Shown in pieces: positions 1-6,823 of a stretch of DNA of 64,000 nucleotides. This DNA comes from a virus. The notes under the pieces are model-generated. The model saw only the letters and a program-made list of their open reading frames with translations, made no database searches and was not told the origin of the DNA. Numbering within the stretch: position 1 is the first letter of the stretch; each line of letters opens with the position of its first letter. The DNA is taken from positions 10,277-74,276 of the IMG/VR virus record IMGVR_UViG_3300033232_000039; one strand, written 5' to 3'. A program made the translations under genes and the position numbers.

Positions 1-859
1 TCAGCCATACATCCATGATGGAGGCGAAGTCAGGGGTGATCTTGCTACGGTAGCCTAGGGAGCGAGTCTTGCAGTCCACTCCATAAGCAGCGGTATCCCA
101 GAAGAACTTATCCCCGTCGCGAACTGTGTAGATCACGTCGGAGAACAAGGTTGGGATTTCTGTCGCCAAGGCCTTGCCGATGGCTTTAATCATAACCTTG
201 GTGGACTGAGTAACCGGGTCTGTTTCCCTGTCCACGTGGGCAGTCATGACGAAGGGGCATTCTAGGCCCTGAGTGCAGAGGCGAAGGAAGTTCATCAGAT
301 TGGATTGAGCGATGCCGTAGTCACCTGGGGAGGCCATTGGGCGCGCGCCAATCTGCATCTTGAAGGCTGCGTTAGAAAGCTCGGTGAGGGAGTCAATCGC
401 AAAGATCCTGTTACGAGGAAAGGAGTCGACAGGGCCAAGTTCTTTTCCTGTTCGGTCATCTTTGAAGTTGGCGCAACTGTTCAAGATCTTCCAGAACGCA
501 TTATTATCTCCGCCTCGGTTGCTGTCCGTGGACTTGGCCAGGGCTTCGTAACTGAGCTTCCCTACGAGATCGGCGGCGTTGATTAGAGCTTTGAGGGAGA
601 TGGGTTTTGTTGCTTGCTGGTGCCAGTAAACGCAATCCGGGACTGGACGGTTGTGATCGCGATAGTAACCGAGCAGGGTTTCCAGCCCGTTCTCTGTGAA
701 CAGAACAGCGACTTCGAAGTTGTTCGCGGCCGCCCAGTCGCACAGGGTGCCGAGAGCGTAGGTTTTACCTGTGCCGCCAAGTCCCATAAGGCAGATCTTT
801 GGGCCAAAAAGTGACTGCTTGTCTTTCGTGACGAGCGTGTCAGGAGTAAGGGTTGTCAT
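1..859 (-). CDS. Sak4-like / AAA_24 P-loop ATPase, partial (3' end runs off the window; absent from the ORF track)
   Basis: Hand translation from ATG at 859: MTTLTPDTLVTKDKQSLFGPKICLMGLGGTGKT (Walker A)...IFAIDSLTELS (Walker B-like)...FVMTAHVDRE...LFSDVIYT; no stop before position 1; ATGA overlap with the stop of 856..1185. Confidence 0.8.
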   Translation of the reverse strand, partial: MTTLTPDTLVTKDKQSLFGPKICLMGLGGTGKTYALGTLCDWAAANNFEVAVLFTENGLETLLGYYRDHNRPVPDCVYWHQQATKPISLKALINAADLVGKLSYEALAKSTDSNRGGDNNAFWKILNSCANFKDDRTGKELGPVDSFPRNRIFAIDSLTELSNAAFKMQIGARPMASPGDYGIAQSNLMNFLRLCTQGLECPFVMTAHVDRETDPVTQSTKVMIKAIGKALATEIPTLFSDVIYTVRDGDKFFWDTAAYGVDCKTRSLGYRSKITPDFASIMDVWL

Positions 860-1185
860 AATAGTCTTTCGTAGTAAGCTAGATGTACGTCTAGTTCGTG
901 CTCAAGGACTTCTCGGGAGAGTTCGTTGAGGTTGTAGGTAAGCTCGTCTGCGAGCAGGGAGCCGGGGATTGACCAGAAGTCTGGGTGGTTTCGGCAGGCG
1001 ACTTCGATTGCGCGGAAGTAGAAGGGCTGGTCTTTCTTGTCAAGGACAATACGGCGCGCCCAGATTTCCCCGCAGTGCTTACAGAAGTAGGCCCGGGACA
1101 TCCAGCCCCAGGAGTCGGCGGCTTGGGTAGCGTAGCGGAACTCTCCGAGGTAACGGTCTTCGCAGATGATGTAGCCGTGCGGCAT
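856..1185 (-). CDS. Hypothetical phage protein with Cys pairs (possible Zn finger)
   Basis: 109 aa; CKHC and C-x2-H motifs; co-oriented and overlapping neighbours. Confidence 0.6.
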   Translation of the reverse strand: MPHGYIICEDRYLGEFRYATQAADSWGWMSRAYFCKHCGEIWARRIVLDKKDQPFYFRAIEVACRNHPDFWSIPGSLLADELTYNLNELSREVLEHELDVHLAYYERLL

Positions 1186-1231
1186 GGTAGCTCCTGTAGG
1201 TCAGGGACAAAGAACTTAGACGACCAGCGGT

Positions 1232-2149
1232 TCATTCGTCGTCCTCGATTAGCGTTTCTGTCCTTACTACCGGATCCCACTTGCGCCGCTGGAACTGTTG
1301 CCGCAGGAGGGGAGTTGGGTCGCGCATCTGGCAGCAGGAACGGAAGGGGCAGCCGCCGTACTCTGCGCAGGCGTGGTCAAGGTTGTAATCGAAGTAGCCA
1401 GACTCCCACGCTTGTATCATGCGCTTGGTGTCGAGGAGAAGTTGCTCGTACCACCGGTCTATGAGCCACTGGGGTCGATAGGTAATAGCCTCGAGGGTGT
1501 CGTACTTGGTTTTAAGGATAGACACTCCTCGGATAAGGAATCCATCAAGCTTAATGCCAGCTCTTCCGGCACCCCAGACATAACTAGTGAATTGGCTGCG
1601 TAAATCCCATTGGCGAGGCCAGCTTGCTCCAAGTTGGCTAGTAGTTTTGTCGTCTTCGCCGAGTGCCATCCCTTCATAGTTACACATCATGTCCATGCGA
1701 CCGCTGTAGAGGATAGGGTCACCTGTCTCTGGGTTTGCGATGTCGAGGGGCTCGAGGAAGTTGAACTCAATCCCTCGCTTGCCTCCGGGGAGGGTCATAG
1801 GGATGGCCTTGTCTTCCCCCAGGCGGTAGTGGGAGAAGTAGTACTCGAGAGCGCCTGCAGTACGCTCGGCAGACTTAGCGGACTCTGGAGGGCACTGGAA
1901 ATCTCCGTACTCTTTGAGTAAGACGCCAAGGCCCAGGGCTAAGGATTCATCAGGGGATTTTCCGTCGACGTAGTAAGCGATACGGGCGGCTTCGATGCCG
2001 GAGGCGTAACACTTTCCTGCATGAAGATGGATAGACTGCTCGCCGGGTTTCCAGTGCTGGAAGAACTCAAGGTTGGCTTTTTGGGGGCAGGACTTGAACG
2101 CGGCCATGAGGGAGGAGTCGAGGACGTGAGGGAATGGAGGGCGGGTCAT
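1232..2149 (-). CDS. PD-(D/E)XK Cas4-like exonuclease
   Basis: N-terminal FKSCP, GRMD...EDDKTT nuclease motifs, C-terminal CAEYGGCPFRSCC Fe-S-type cysteine cluster. Confidence 0.8.
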   Translation of the reverse strand: MTRPPFPHVLDSSLMAAFKSCPQKANLEFFQHWKPGEQSIHLHAGKCYASGIEAARIAYYVDGKSPDESLALGLGVLLKEYGDFQCPPESAKSAERTAGALEYYFSHYRLGEDKAIPMTLPGGKRGIEFNFLEPLDIANPETGDPILYSGRMDMMCNYEGMALGEDDKTTSQLGASWPRQWDLRSQFTSYVWGAGRAGIKLDGFLIRGVSILKTKYDTLEAITYRPQWLIDRWYEQLLLDTKRMIQAWESGYFDYNLDHACAEYGGCPFRSCCQMRDPTPLLRQQFQRRKWDPVVRTETLIEDDE

Positions 2150-2415
2150 GGCAGATCCTTTAAAATATGAGCTCTGGCGGCTTTGTTAAGAGTCGCGAGA
2201 GACTTGTGGATTACGAAGATGTTTCGTCGCTGGAAGTAGGATGTGCAGAAAACTTCGAGGATCTTCCGCTCGGGCGGAAGGGCGCCCGACAAACCGTCTT
2301 CGTCTCCACAAGCGTTGAAGATCCAGCAGTCGCCTTCTTCCCACAGGTCGCCCCAGAATTGATATGTAGGGGACAGGGACAGGCCGCAGCCTGTGATAAT
2401 GACCTTAGCCATCAC
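2146..2415 (-). CDS. Hypothetical protein
   Basis: 89-aa ORF with 4-bp overlaps on both sides. Confidence 0.55.
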   Translation of the reverse strand: MMAKVIITGCGLSLSPTYQFWGDLWEEGDCWIFNACGDEDGLSGALPPERKILEVFCTSYFQRRNIFVIHKSLATLNKAARAHILKDLP

Positions 2416-2702
2416 TCCTCCGAGTAGGTAAGCATCAGCAGATCATTCTTCCGCTGCGTTATGGCTCGGAGGTCTTCGTAAGCAGAGGCATTGATCTCTT
2501 CTTCACGTTCCTTGAGCTTCGCCAGAACGGGGGCAATACAGGCTTTTTTAAGCGGCATCGTGGCCTCGACTTCTACGAGCTTGATCGAGTTCTTCGGCGG
2601 CGAGTCAGTGTCCTCGCGGATAGTATAGTGCCAGCTGTACATGGTTTGGCCCAAGGCGTGAGCTTCAAGCCCCTCAGCATTGAGGTAGATACAAAGTTTC
2701 AT
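2412..2702 (-). CDS. Hypothetical protein
   Basis: 96-aa ORF, GGAGA-type RBS, overlaps the next gene. Confidence 0.6.
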   Translation of the reverse strand: MKLCIYLNAEGLEAHALGQTMYSWHYTIREDTDSPPKNSIKLVEVEATMPLKKACIAPVLAKLKEREEEINASAYEDLRAITQRKNDLLMLTYSEE

Positions 2703-2866
2703 TTCTCTTCTCCAGTTTACTCGACGGTGAACTGCACCGACAACAGGTATTAGGTAGGGGTGGCCAGTGCTGATCTCTGGCTTACCGTGGTCTTACTCTC
2801 ATAGCTACCGCGATAGTTAGCGTCTACAGTTCTTACGTATCAGCCTACGCACTCACCCCTGTACTC

Positions 2867-3100
2867 TTACAGACCCTCGAGTTCGCTTAACAAGTCATCC
2901 GAGTTAGCTATCACGGTTTTCTTAGCCCCGGCAGCCGAAGCGCGCTTGGTAGTACTAGCTGCAGCTGCTGCATTTCTCCTGCCGGCCCGAAGGTAGATGA
3001 TAGCTTCCTTCATCTCATCAAGGGTTAGCGTACCCTCAGTAGCGCGAAGTCTCCAGCCTGCGATTTTACTTTGTAGCTCGAGTGGGATAGGGGTGCTCAT
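2867..3100 (-). CDS. Hypothetical protein
   Basis: 77 aa; Ala/Lys-rich linker and acidic amphipathic C-terminus DDLLSELEGL. Confidence 0.6.
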   Translation of the reverse strand: MSTPIPLELQSKIAGWRLRATEGTLTLDEMKEAIIYLRAGRRNAAAAASTTKRASAAGAKKTVIANSDDLLSELEGL

Positions 3101-3213
3101 ATTAGCCTCATTGGTGTAGGGGTTGAAGGGAAGGCCTTGTGGAGGCGTTCAGCTATGTACAGGCCTGCTGCGAAGCAGAGGACTACGCAGGTGATAGCGA
3201 TCAGGACTCTCAT
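3097..3213 (-). CDS. Small membrane peptide (38 aa, not in the ORF track)
   Basis: MRVLIAITCVVLCFAAGLYIAERLHKAFPSTPTPMRLI; ATGA overlaps at both ends. Confidence 0.5.
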   Translation of the reverse strand: MRVLIAITCVVLCFAAGLYIAERLHKAFPSTPTPMRLI

Positions 3214-3506
3214 GATTGAAGTCGCAGGGTCAGAGCGCGAATAGCTTCAGGAGTGCCAGTAACTTGCAGCGTCCCTGGCTCTGAGCCGACGTAGGGGGCA
3301 AGGTCAAGAGCTTGCTCTGTGAAGTGAACTTGCAGCAGGTCTATCATGAAACGCGAGTAAGCGCCGTGAGGAACACGCCCCTCCAGGTCGGAGTACAGGG
3401 CGGAAGAGAGTTTAACCAGCAGCGGTAAAGGCAAAGCGACGTTAAGCGGCTTCGAAGGGATAAGATTAGGGGTTTTAGCCACGGTGAAATATCTCCTTAA
3501 GATCAC
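3210..3506 (-). CDS. Hypothetical protein, possibly ribbon-helix-helix DNA-binding
   Basis: KPLNVALPLPLLVKL...YSRFMIDLL pattern; true start may be a downstream GTG. Confidence 0.45.
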   Translation of the reverse strand: MILRRYFTVAKTPNLIPSKPLNVALPLPLLVKLSSALYSDLEGRVPHGAYSRFMIDLLQVHFTEQALDLAPYVGSEPGTLQVTGTPEAIRALTLRLQS

Positions 3507-3690
3507 TCGCCGCCGTGCCTGCGCTGCCTGCGAACAGGTACTGATACGCGGAGGCCTTGGCCATCTGTCGCTGCATCTTTGTCACGGTGTCTGGGCGGGT
3601 TGAGTATAATTCCGCTGCAACTTCGACGAAAGGGTCTTTCCCCTCCTTCACGGCCTCGCGGATAATAACTTCAGTTCTCGTCATTTTCAT
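3475..3690 (-). CDS. Stand-alone DNA polymerase A fingers/O-helix-like mini-protein (~70 aa)
   Basis: EGKDPFVEVAAELYSTRPDTVTKMQRQMAKASAYQYLF aligns without gaps to the Pol I segment [38 protein letters not shown]; GGAG RBS before ATG 3690. Confidence 0.6.
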   Translation of the reverse strand: MKMTRTEVIIREAVKEGKDPFVEVAAELYSTRPDTVTKMQRQMAKASAYQYLFAGSAGTAASDLKEIFHRG

Positions 3691-3874
3691 TCTCCCAGGG
3701 TGCGAGTGGGTCGGTGTCATCTTCATCTTCTAAGAGTACCTCGCAGCGGGTGCTGAGTAGATGCGCGGTGACGAGATTTGCAATGACTGCTTCGTCATCT
3801 CCTTCGATTTGAACGCGAGTCCAGAGTGCCGGAGGAAGCCAGAGGGCCTTTGGCCGGGTGAATAGTTCTATCAT
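3671..3874 (-). CDS. Hypothetical protein
   Basis: 67-aa ORF overlapping neighbours. Confidence 0.5.
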   Translation of the reverse strand: MIELFTRPKALWLPPALWTRVQIEGDDEAVIANLVTAHLLSTRCEVLLEDEDDTDPLAPWENENDEN

Positions 3875-4458
3875 GCTTGTCCTAGTTGGATGAGAATATC
3901 TTTGACCTGCACCGGAAGCATCCGCGAGAGGATGTCTGTGCCAGCCGGGAGGGTGAGGTACTGGCCGGGGGAGCGGAAGGTCGTGGTGACTACGAGTTCC
4001 ACGCGATCGAGGGTGCCTTCCCCGAAGCAGACGTCTAGCGGGACTTCAAGAGCTTCGAGGGAGAAGTCTAGGAGCTTGATACTCGCTACGCAAGGGAGGT
4101 CAGTTTTCCAAGGAAGCTTCTCTGACCGGACTGCAGGCGCCTCTGCTGGCCATCGGCCACTGAGGTATTCCACCTGACAGGGCTCAGCAGGGGCCTTGAG
4201 ATCAACCTCCCTGACAAGGCGGCGAGCATCTGGGACTGTCTTATGTTTCCACTCGACGAAGTAGCCAAGGAATGCTTGGGTTTCTTCGTGAAGGAGGGCG
4301 ATAACAGCGCCGCGTATCCAGTTCGCAGGGTTCGCGTAAAGACCCTCGGGAGAGGTGTCTTTGATCTCAGGGGGAGCCTTAGCCAGCTGAACCTTCTGAC
4401 CGCGCATTGCCGCCTTGGCCTCGCGGAAGAGGTCGTCGAGGGAGAGTTCTTGATTCAT
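3871..4458 (-). CDS. Hypothetical phage protein
   Basis: Track ORF 3871..4554; likely start MNQELSLDD at 4458 with GAGG RBS. Confidence 0.6.
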   Translation of the reverse strand: MNQELSLDDLFREAKAAMRGQKVQLAKAPPEIKDTSPEGLYANPANWIRGAVIALLHEETQAFLGYFVEWKHKTVPDARRLVREVDLKAPAEPCQVEYLSGRWPAEAPAVRSEKLPWKTDLPCVASIKLLDFSLEALEVPLDVCFGEGTLDRVELVVTTTFRSPGQYLTLPAGTDILSRMLPVQVKDILIQLGQA

Positions 4459-4566
4459 AATTGAGCCTCGCGGGAAGTTGTTGATGCTTGCGTGAATTAT
4501 CCCGTAATAATCCGCGCATATGTATTTGACACATCCTCGCGCAAATAGTTCCACAGGAATGTAAAT

Positions 4567-4965
4567 TTATTTTCTAGCTGGAGGTAGCGCGTCCACCGGT
4601 TCGTATGCTGGCTGCACAGCTCCTTTTAATTCTTCACATAGTTGTTCATTTTCGGCAATCAGTGCTTCAAGCTGTTCTGCAGCCGCGGCTATAGCCCTAC
4701 GGTCGCCATAATCGCGTAGCGCAGCCTCCGAATAACAGCGCACAGTGACTACTGGATTGCTGTCAATCATCAGGGCCTCCATAGCAGGCAAGGGTACGGT
4801 GCTAGTGTGAAACGCGGCACGCAGTCTATCTATTTCCCGCCGCAGTCGCGCGATCTTTCTGTGTAATATGTACTCGCGTTCTGAGCCCATGCTGTTCAGC
4901 CGCCGCTCTTCGTCAAGCTCGCGCTGTAATTGCGTCTCTTTTTCAGTTACTTGCAGGATGCTCAT
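4567..4965 (-). CDS. Hypothetical coiled-coil protein
   Basis: 132 aa; last gene of the AT-rich block before the composition shift. Confidence 0.55.
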   Translation of the reverse strand: MSILQVTEKETQLQRELDEERRLNSMGSEREYILHRKIARLRREIDRLRAAFHTSTVPLPAMEALMIDSNPVVTVRCYSEAALRDYGDRRAIAAAAEQLEALIAENEQLCEELKGAVQPAYEPVDALPPARK

Positions 4966-5174
4966 TTTGGTTCCTTTTGCTTACTGGCTTTTACAATGTG
5001 GTTACGACAGGCATCAACCTGCTGGCGAAGCCAAACAATATGACGACTATCTTCTGGCCTGAGGCTTACAAACCTACCCTCAGTCTCCATTTCGCCTATA
5101 GTTTTTGCGAAATAAACAGCTTTATCAAACATCTCTACTATGCAGTTATTCACCATGAATCCTGTCATCAGCAA
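4962..5174 (-). CDS. Hypothetical protein
   Basis: 70-aa ORF overlapping the next gene. Confidence 0.5.
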   Translation of the reverse strand: MLMTGFMVNNCIVEMFDKAVYFAKTIGEMETEGRFVSLRPEDSRHIVWLRQQVDACRNHIVKASKQKEPK

Positions 5175-5209
5175 TTGCCATAAGGATTTCTTTGTATTCC
5201 TGTTTCATA

Positions 5210-5533
5210 TTATTTTTCTTGCTGTTTAATAAAGTAATGTTTTGACAACATTCCTGAGCGAGGGCAGCGTACTACATTATGAGACACGTACCCATAACAC
5301 TCTAGTAACTTTAAATATTGATAAGCAGAAGGTGTATTAGCTAATACACGCATATTCATGGCAGAGACAGGAGAGGTTGTTTTTAGTACAGCCATGATTC
5401 GCTGTGCAATTACACTATTTTTAATATCAGTAAAGATGCCCTTGCGGGGTTTAGCTTTGCGCTTTGTTACCAAGTCTGCTTTACTATCTTTAGTACTTGG
5501 CTGATAAGAGGATTGCCAATGTGTTTGGATCAT
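5210..5533 (-). CDS. Hypothetical protein, possible winged-helix DNA-binding
   Basis: Basic N-terminus; helix pattern with YLKLLECYGYV and a wing-like C-terminus. Confidence 0.5.
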   Translation of the reverse strand: MIQTHWQSSYQPSTKDSKADLVTKRKAKPRKGIFTDIKNSVIAQRIMAVLKTTSPVSAMNMRVLANTPSAYQYLKLLECYGYVSHNVVRCPRSGMLSKHYFIKQQEK

Positions 5534-5877
5534 TGTTTACTCTCAAGCATAAGATTAAGCCTAGCTAATGCATTCCAGGCAGCTTGTGCTGCATGCATGG
5601 TGCCAGAATCAGGATCAATTTCTTCACCTGCTGCTTCTTTCATCAGATGTCGGTACATAGCATCTGTATAGCGGTTTACGCCATTAGGTACAGATTTCCA
5701 GCCATCTGGTGTGTATTTATTGGCACCAAAGGTACCTACCTTGCCTACTTCCTGTAGTGCAAGAGAGAACCCATTAAAGATCAAACCAAGACGGTTCTTA
5801 CCGTGATCTAACTTGGATCCGGGTTCATTAGCAGACTTGCCATTGGGATCAATTTCAATATTGGTTCTTGCATTCAT
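5530..5877 (-). CDS. dATP/dGTP diphosphohydrolase-like protein (DUF5664 family)
   Basis: GSKLDHGKNRLGL...VGTFGANKY..DGW...RYTDAMYRHL...GEEIDPDSG.MHAAQAAWN signature. Confidence 0.8.
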   Translation of the reverse strand: MNARTNIEIDPNGKSANEPGSKLDHGKNRLGLIFNGFSLALQEVGKVGTFGANKYTPDGWKSVPNGVNRYTDAMYRHLMKEAAGEEIDPDSGTMHAAQAAWNALARLNLMLESKQ

Positions 5878-5926
5878 TAATAAATCCTATTGTTAATCTA
5901 ACTTTAGTAGCTTTTATGGCAAGTGC

Positions 5927-6103
5927 TTAATCAAAGTAATTACCAGCAGGTGCTGGAGATACCACAGGCTCTTCCTGATTACGTTGATTGCGCCAAGCAG
6001 TACGAATAGCACGCTCCATACGATTCATCATGTACTTGCCTGCTTTTGTAGCCTTGCCCCGTTTGCAATGAGGACAGCTACATGATTTAGGTGTTTGTTT
6101 CAT
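5927..6103 (-). CDS. Small hypothetical protein with CxCxxC (58 aa, not in track)
   Basis: MKQTPKSCSCPHCKRGKATKAGK...; fits operon spacing. Confidence 0.5.
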   Translation of the reverse strand: MKQTPKSCSCPHCKRGKATKAGKYMMNRMERAIRTAWRNQRNQEEPVVSPAPAGNYFD

Positions 6104-6216
6104 TTCATATGTCCTTCCTCTTTGTCACAGAAACTACAACGGCGTTTCCAAAACCAAACGTATATAGCTTTGCACTCACAGCAGCGCATCTTAAACAGTG
6201 ATTTGAAGCCTTTCAT
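6100..6216 (-). CDS. Small Cys-rich peptide (38 aa, not in track)
   Basis: MKGFKSLFKMRCCECKAIYVWFWKRRCSFCDK...; 4-bp overlaps at both ends. Confidence 0.4.
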   Translation of the reverse strand: MKGFKSLFKMRCCECKAIYVWFWKRRCSFCDKEEGHMK

Positions 6217-6440
6217 GCTTGTTCCAATATTTCTGTTTCGATACGTTGAATATCATCATGTGTCATTTTTCTTTCCAACCAAGGGGCAGGACGCCACCTA
6301 AGATCACACACAATGAAATCAATATCTGGATACTCTGCTGGATAACAGTGATCAGGGGTTGTATCTGTTTTAGCCGGAGAATATTTACCAACAATTGTGT
6401 AGTCAATAAGACAAGGAATGCCATCTATATACGTTTTCAT
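6213..6440 (-). CDS. Hypothetical phage protein
   Basis: 75-aa ORF with AAGGA RBS. Confidence 0.6.
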   Translation of the reverse strand: MKTYIDGIPCLIDYTIVGKYSPAKTDTTPDHCYPAEYPDIDFIVCDLRWRPAPWLERKMTHDDIQRIETEILEQA

Positions 6441-6443
6441 GTT

Positions 6444-6647
6444 TTATCCTTTCAATGCCCAATACGGGCGACGAACCCCTGTGTGATCTAGACTGGGATG
6501 TTGTAGCGCATCTTCAGCCCCAGGTCGTAAAGGCTGAGGTGGGTTGTGTTTACTTGGTTTGTAATGTTCAGCAGGATAGCCAAGATTATTAACACCCACA
6601 CCTTTATGATGTGCATTTCGTTTGATACCATCAAAAGTTGTACTCAT
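6444..6647 (-). CDS. Hypothetical protein
   Basis: 67-aa ORF overlapping the upstream stop. Confidence 0.55.
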   Translation of the reverse strand: MSTTFDGIKRNAHHKGVGVNNLGYPAEHYKPSKHNPPQPLRPGAEDALQHPSLDHTGVRRPYWALKG

Positions 6648-6823
6648 GCTGCTGCGCTCACTGTTTCTTTCAGTTTGTCAAAATTAGTAAGTACAAACAA
6701 ATAATCCGGTTCGCTCAAGCCAGTAGCTCGACGCGCATTGGGATCAAACATGTTGTATTTACCTGTTACTTTGATTTTTTCATAAGCATGGAATGCTTTG
6801 ATGTCTTTTTCTGTAAATTTCAT
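6644..6823 (-). CDS. Hypothetical protein (DUF5049-like)
   Basis: YEKIKVTGKYNMFDP motif; start at 6823 overlaps the DNA polymerase stop. Confidence 0.5.
   Translation of the reverse strand: MKFTEKDIKAFHAYEKIKVTGKYNMFDPNARRATGLSEPDYLFVLTNFDKLKETVSAAA

Noticed and set aside
305-814. Several short ORFs on both strands in the track (305..586, 360..551, 504..743, 583..807, 614..814)
   Set aside because: They are shadows of the real minus-strand Sak4-like gene 1..859, which the track missed because it has no stop inside the window
985-1921. Plus-strand ORFs 985..1464, 1298..1603, 1610..1921
   Set aside because: Antisense to the Cas4-like nuclease and Zn-finger genes; no motifs or RBS
1232-2149. 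Cas4-like gene as evidence of a CRISPR-Cas locus
   Set aside because: I found no repeat-spacer array or other cas genes in the window; stand-alone Cas4-like nucleases are common in phages
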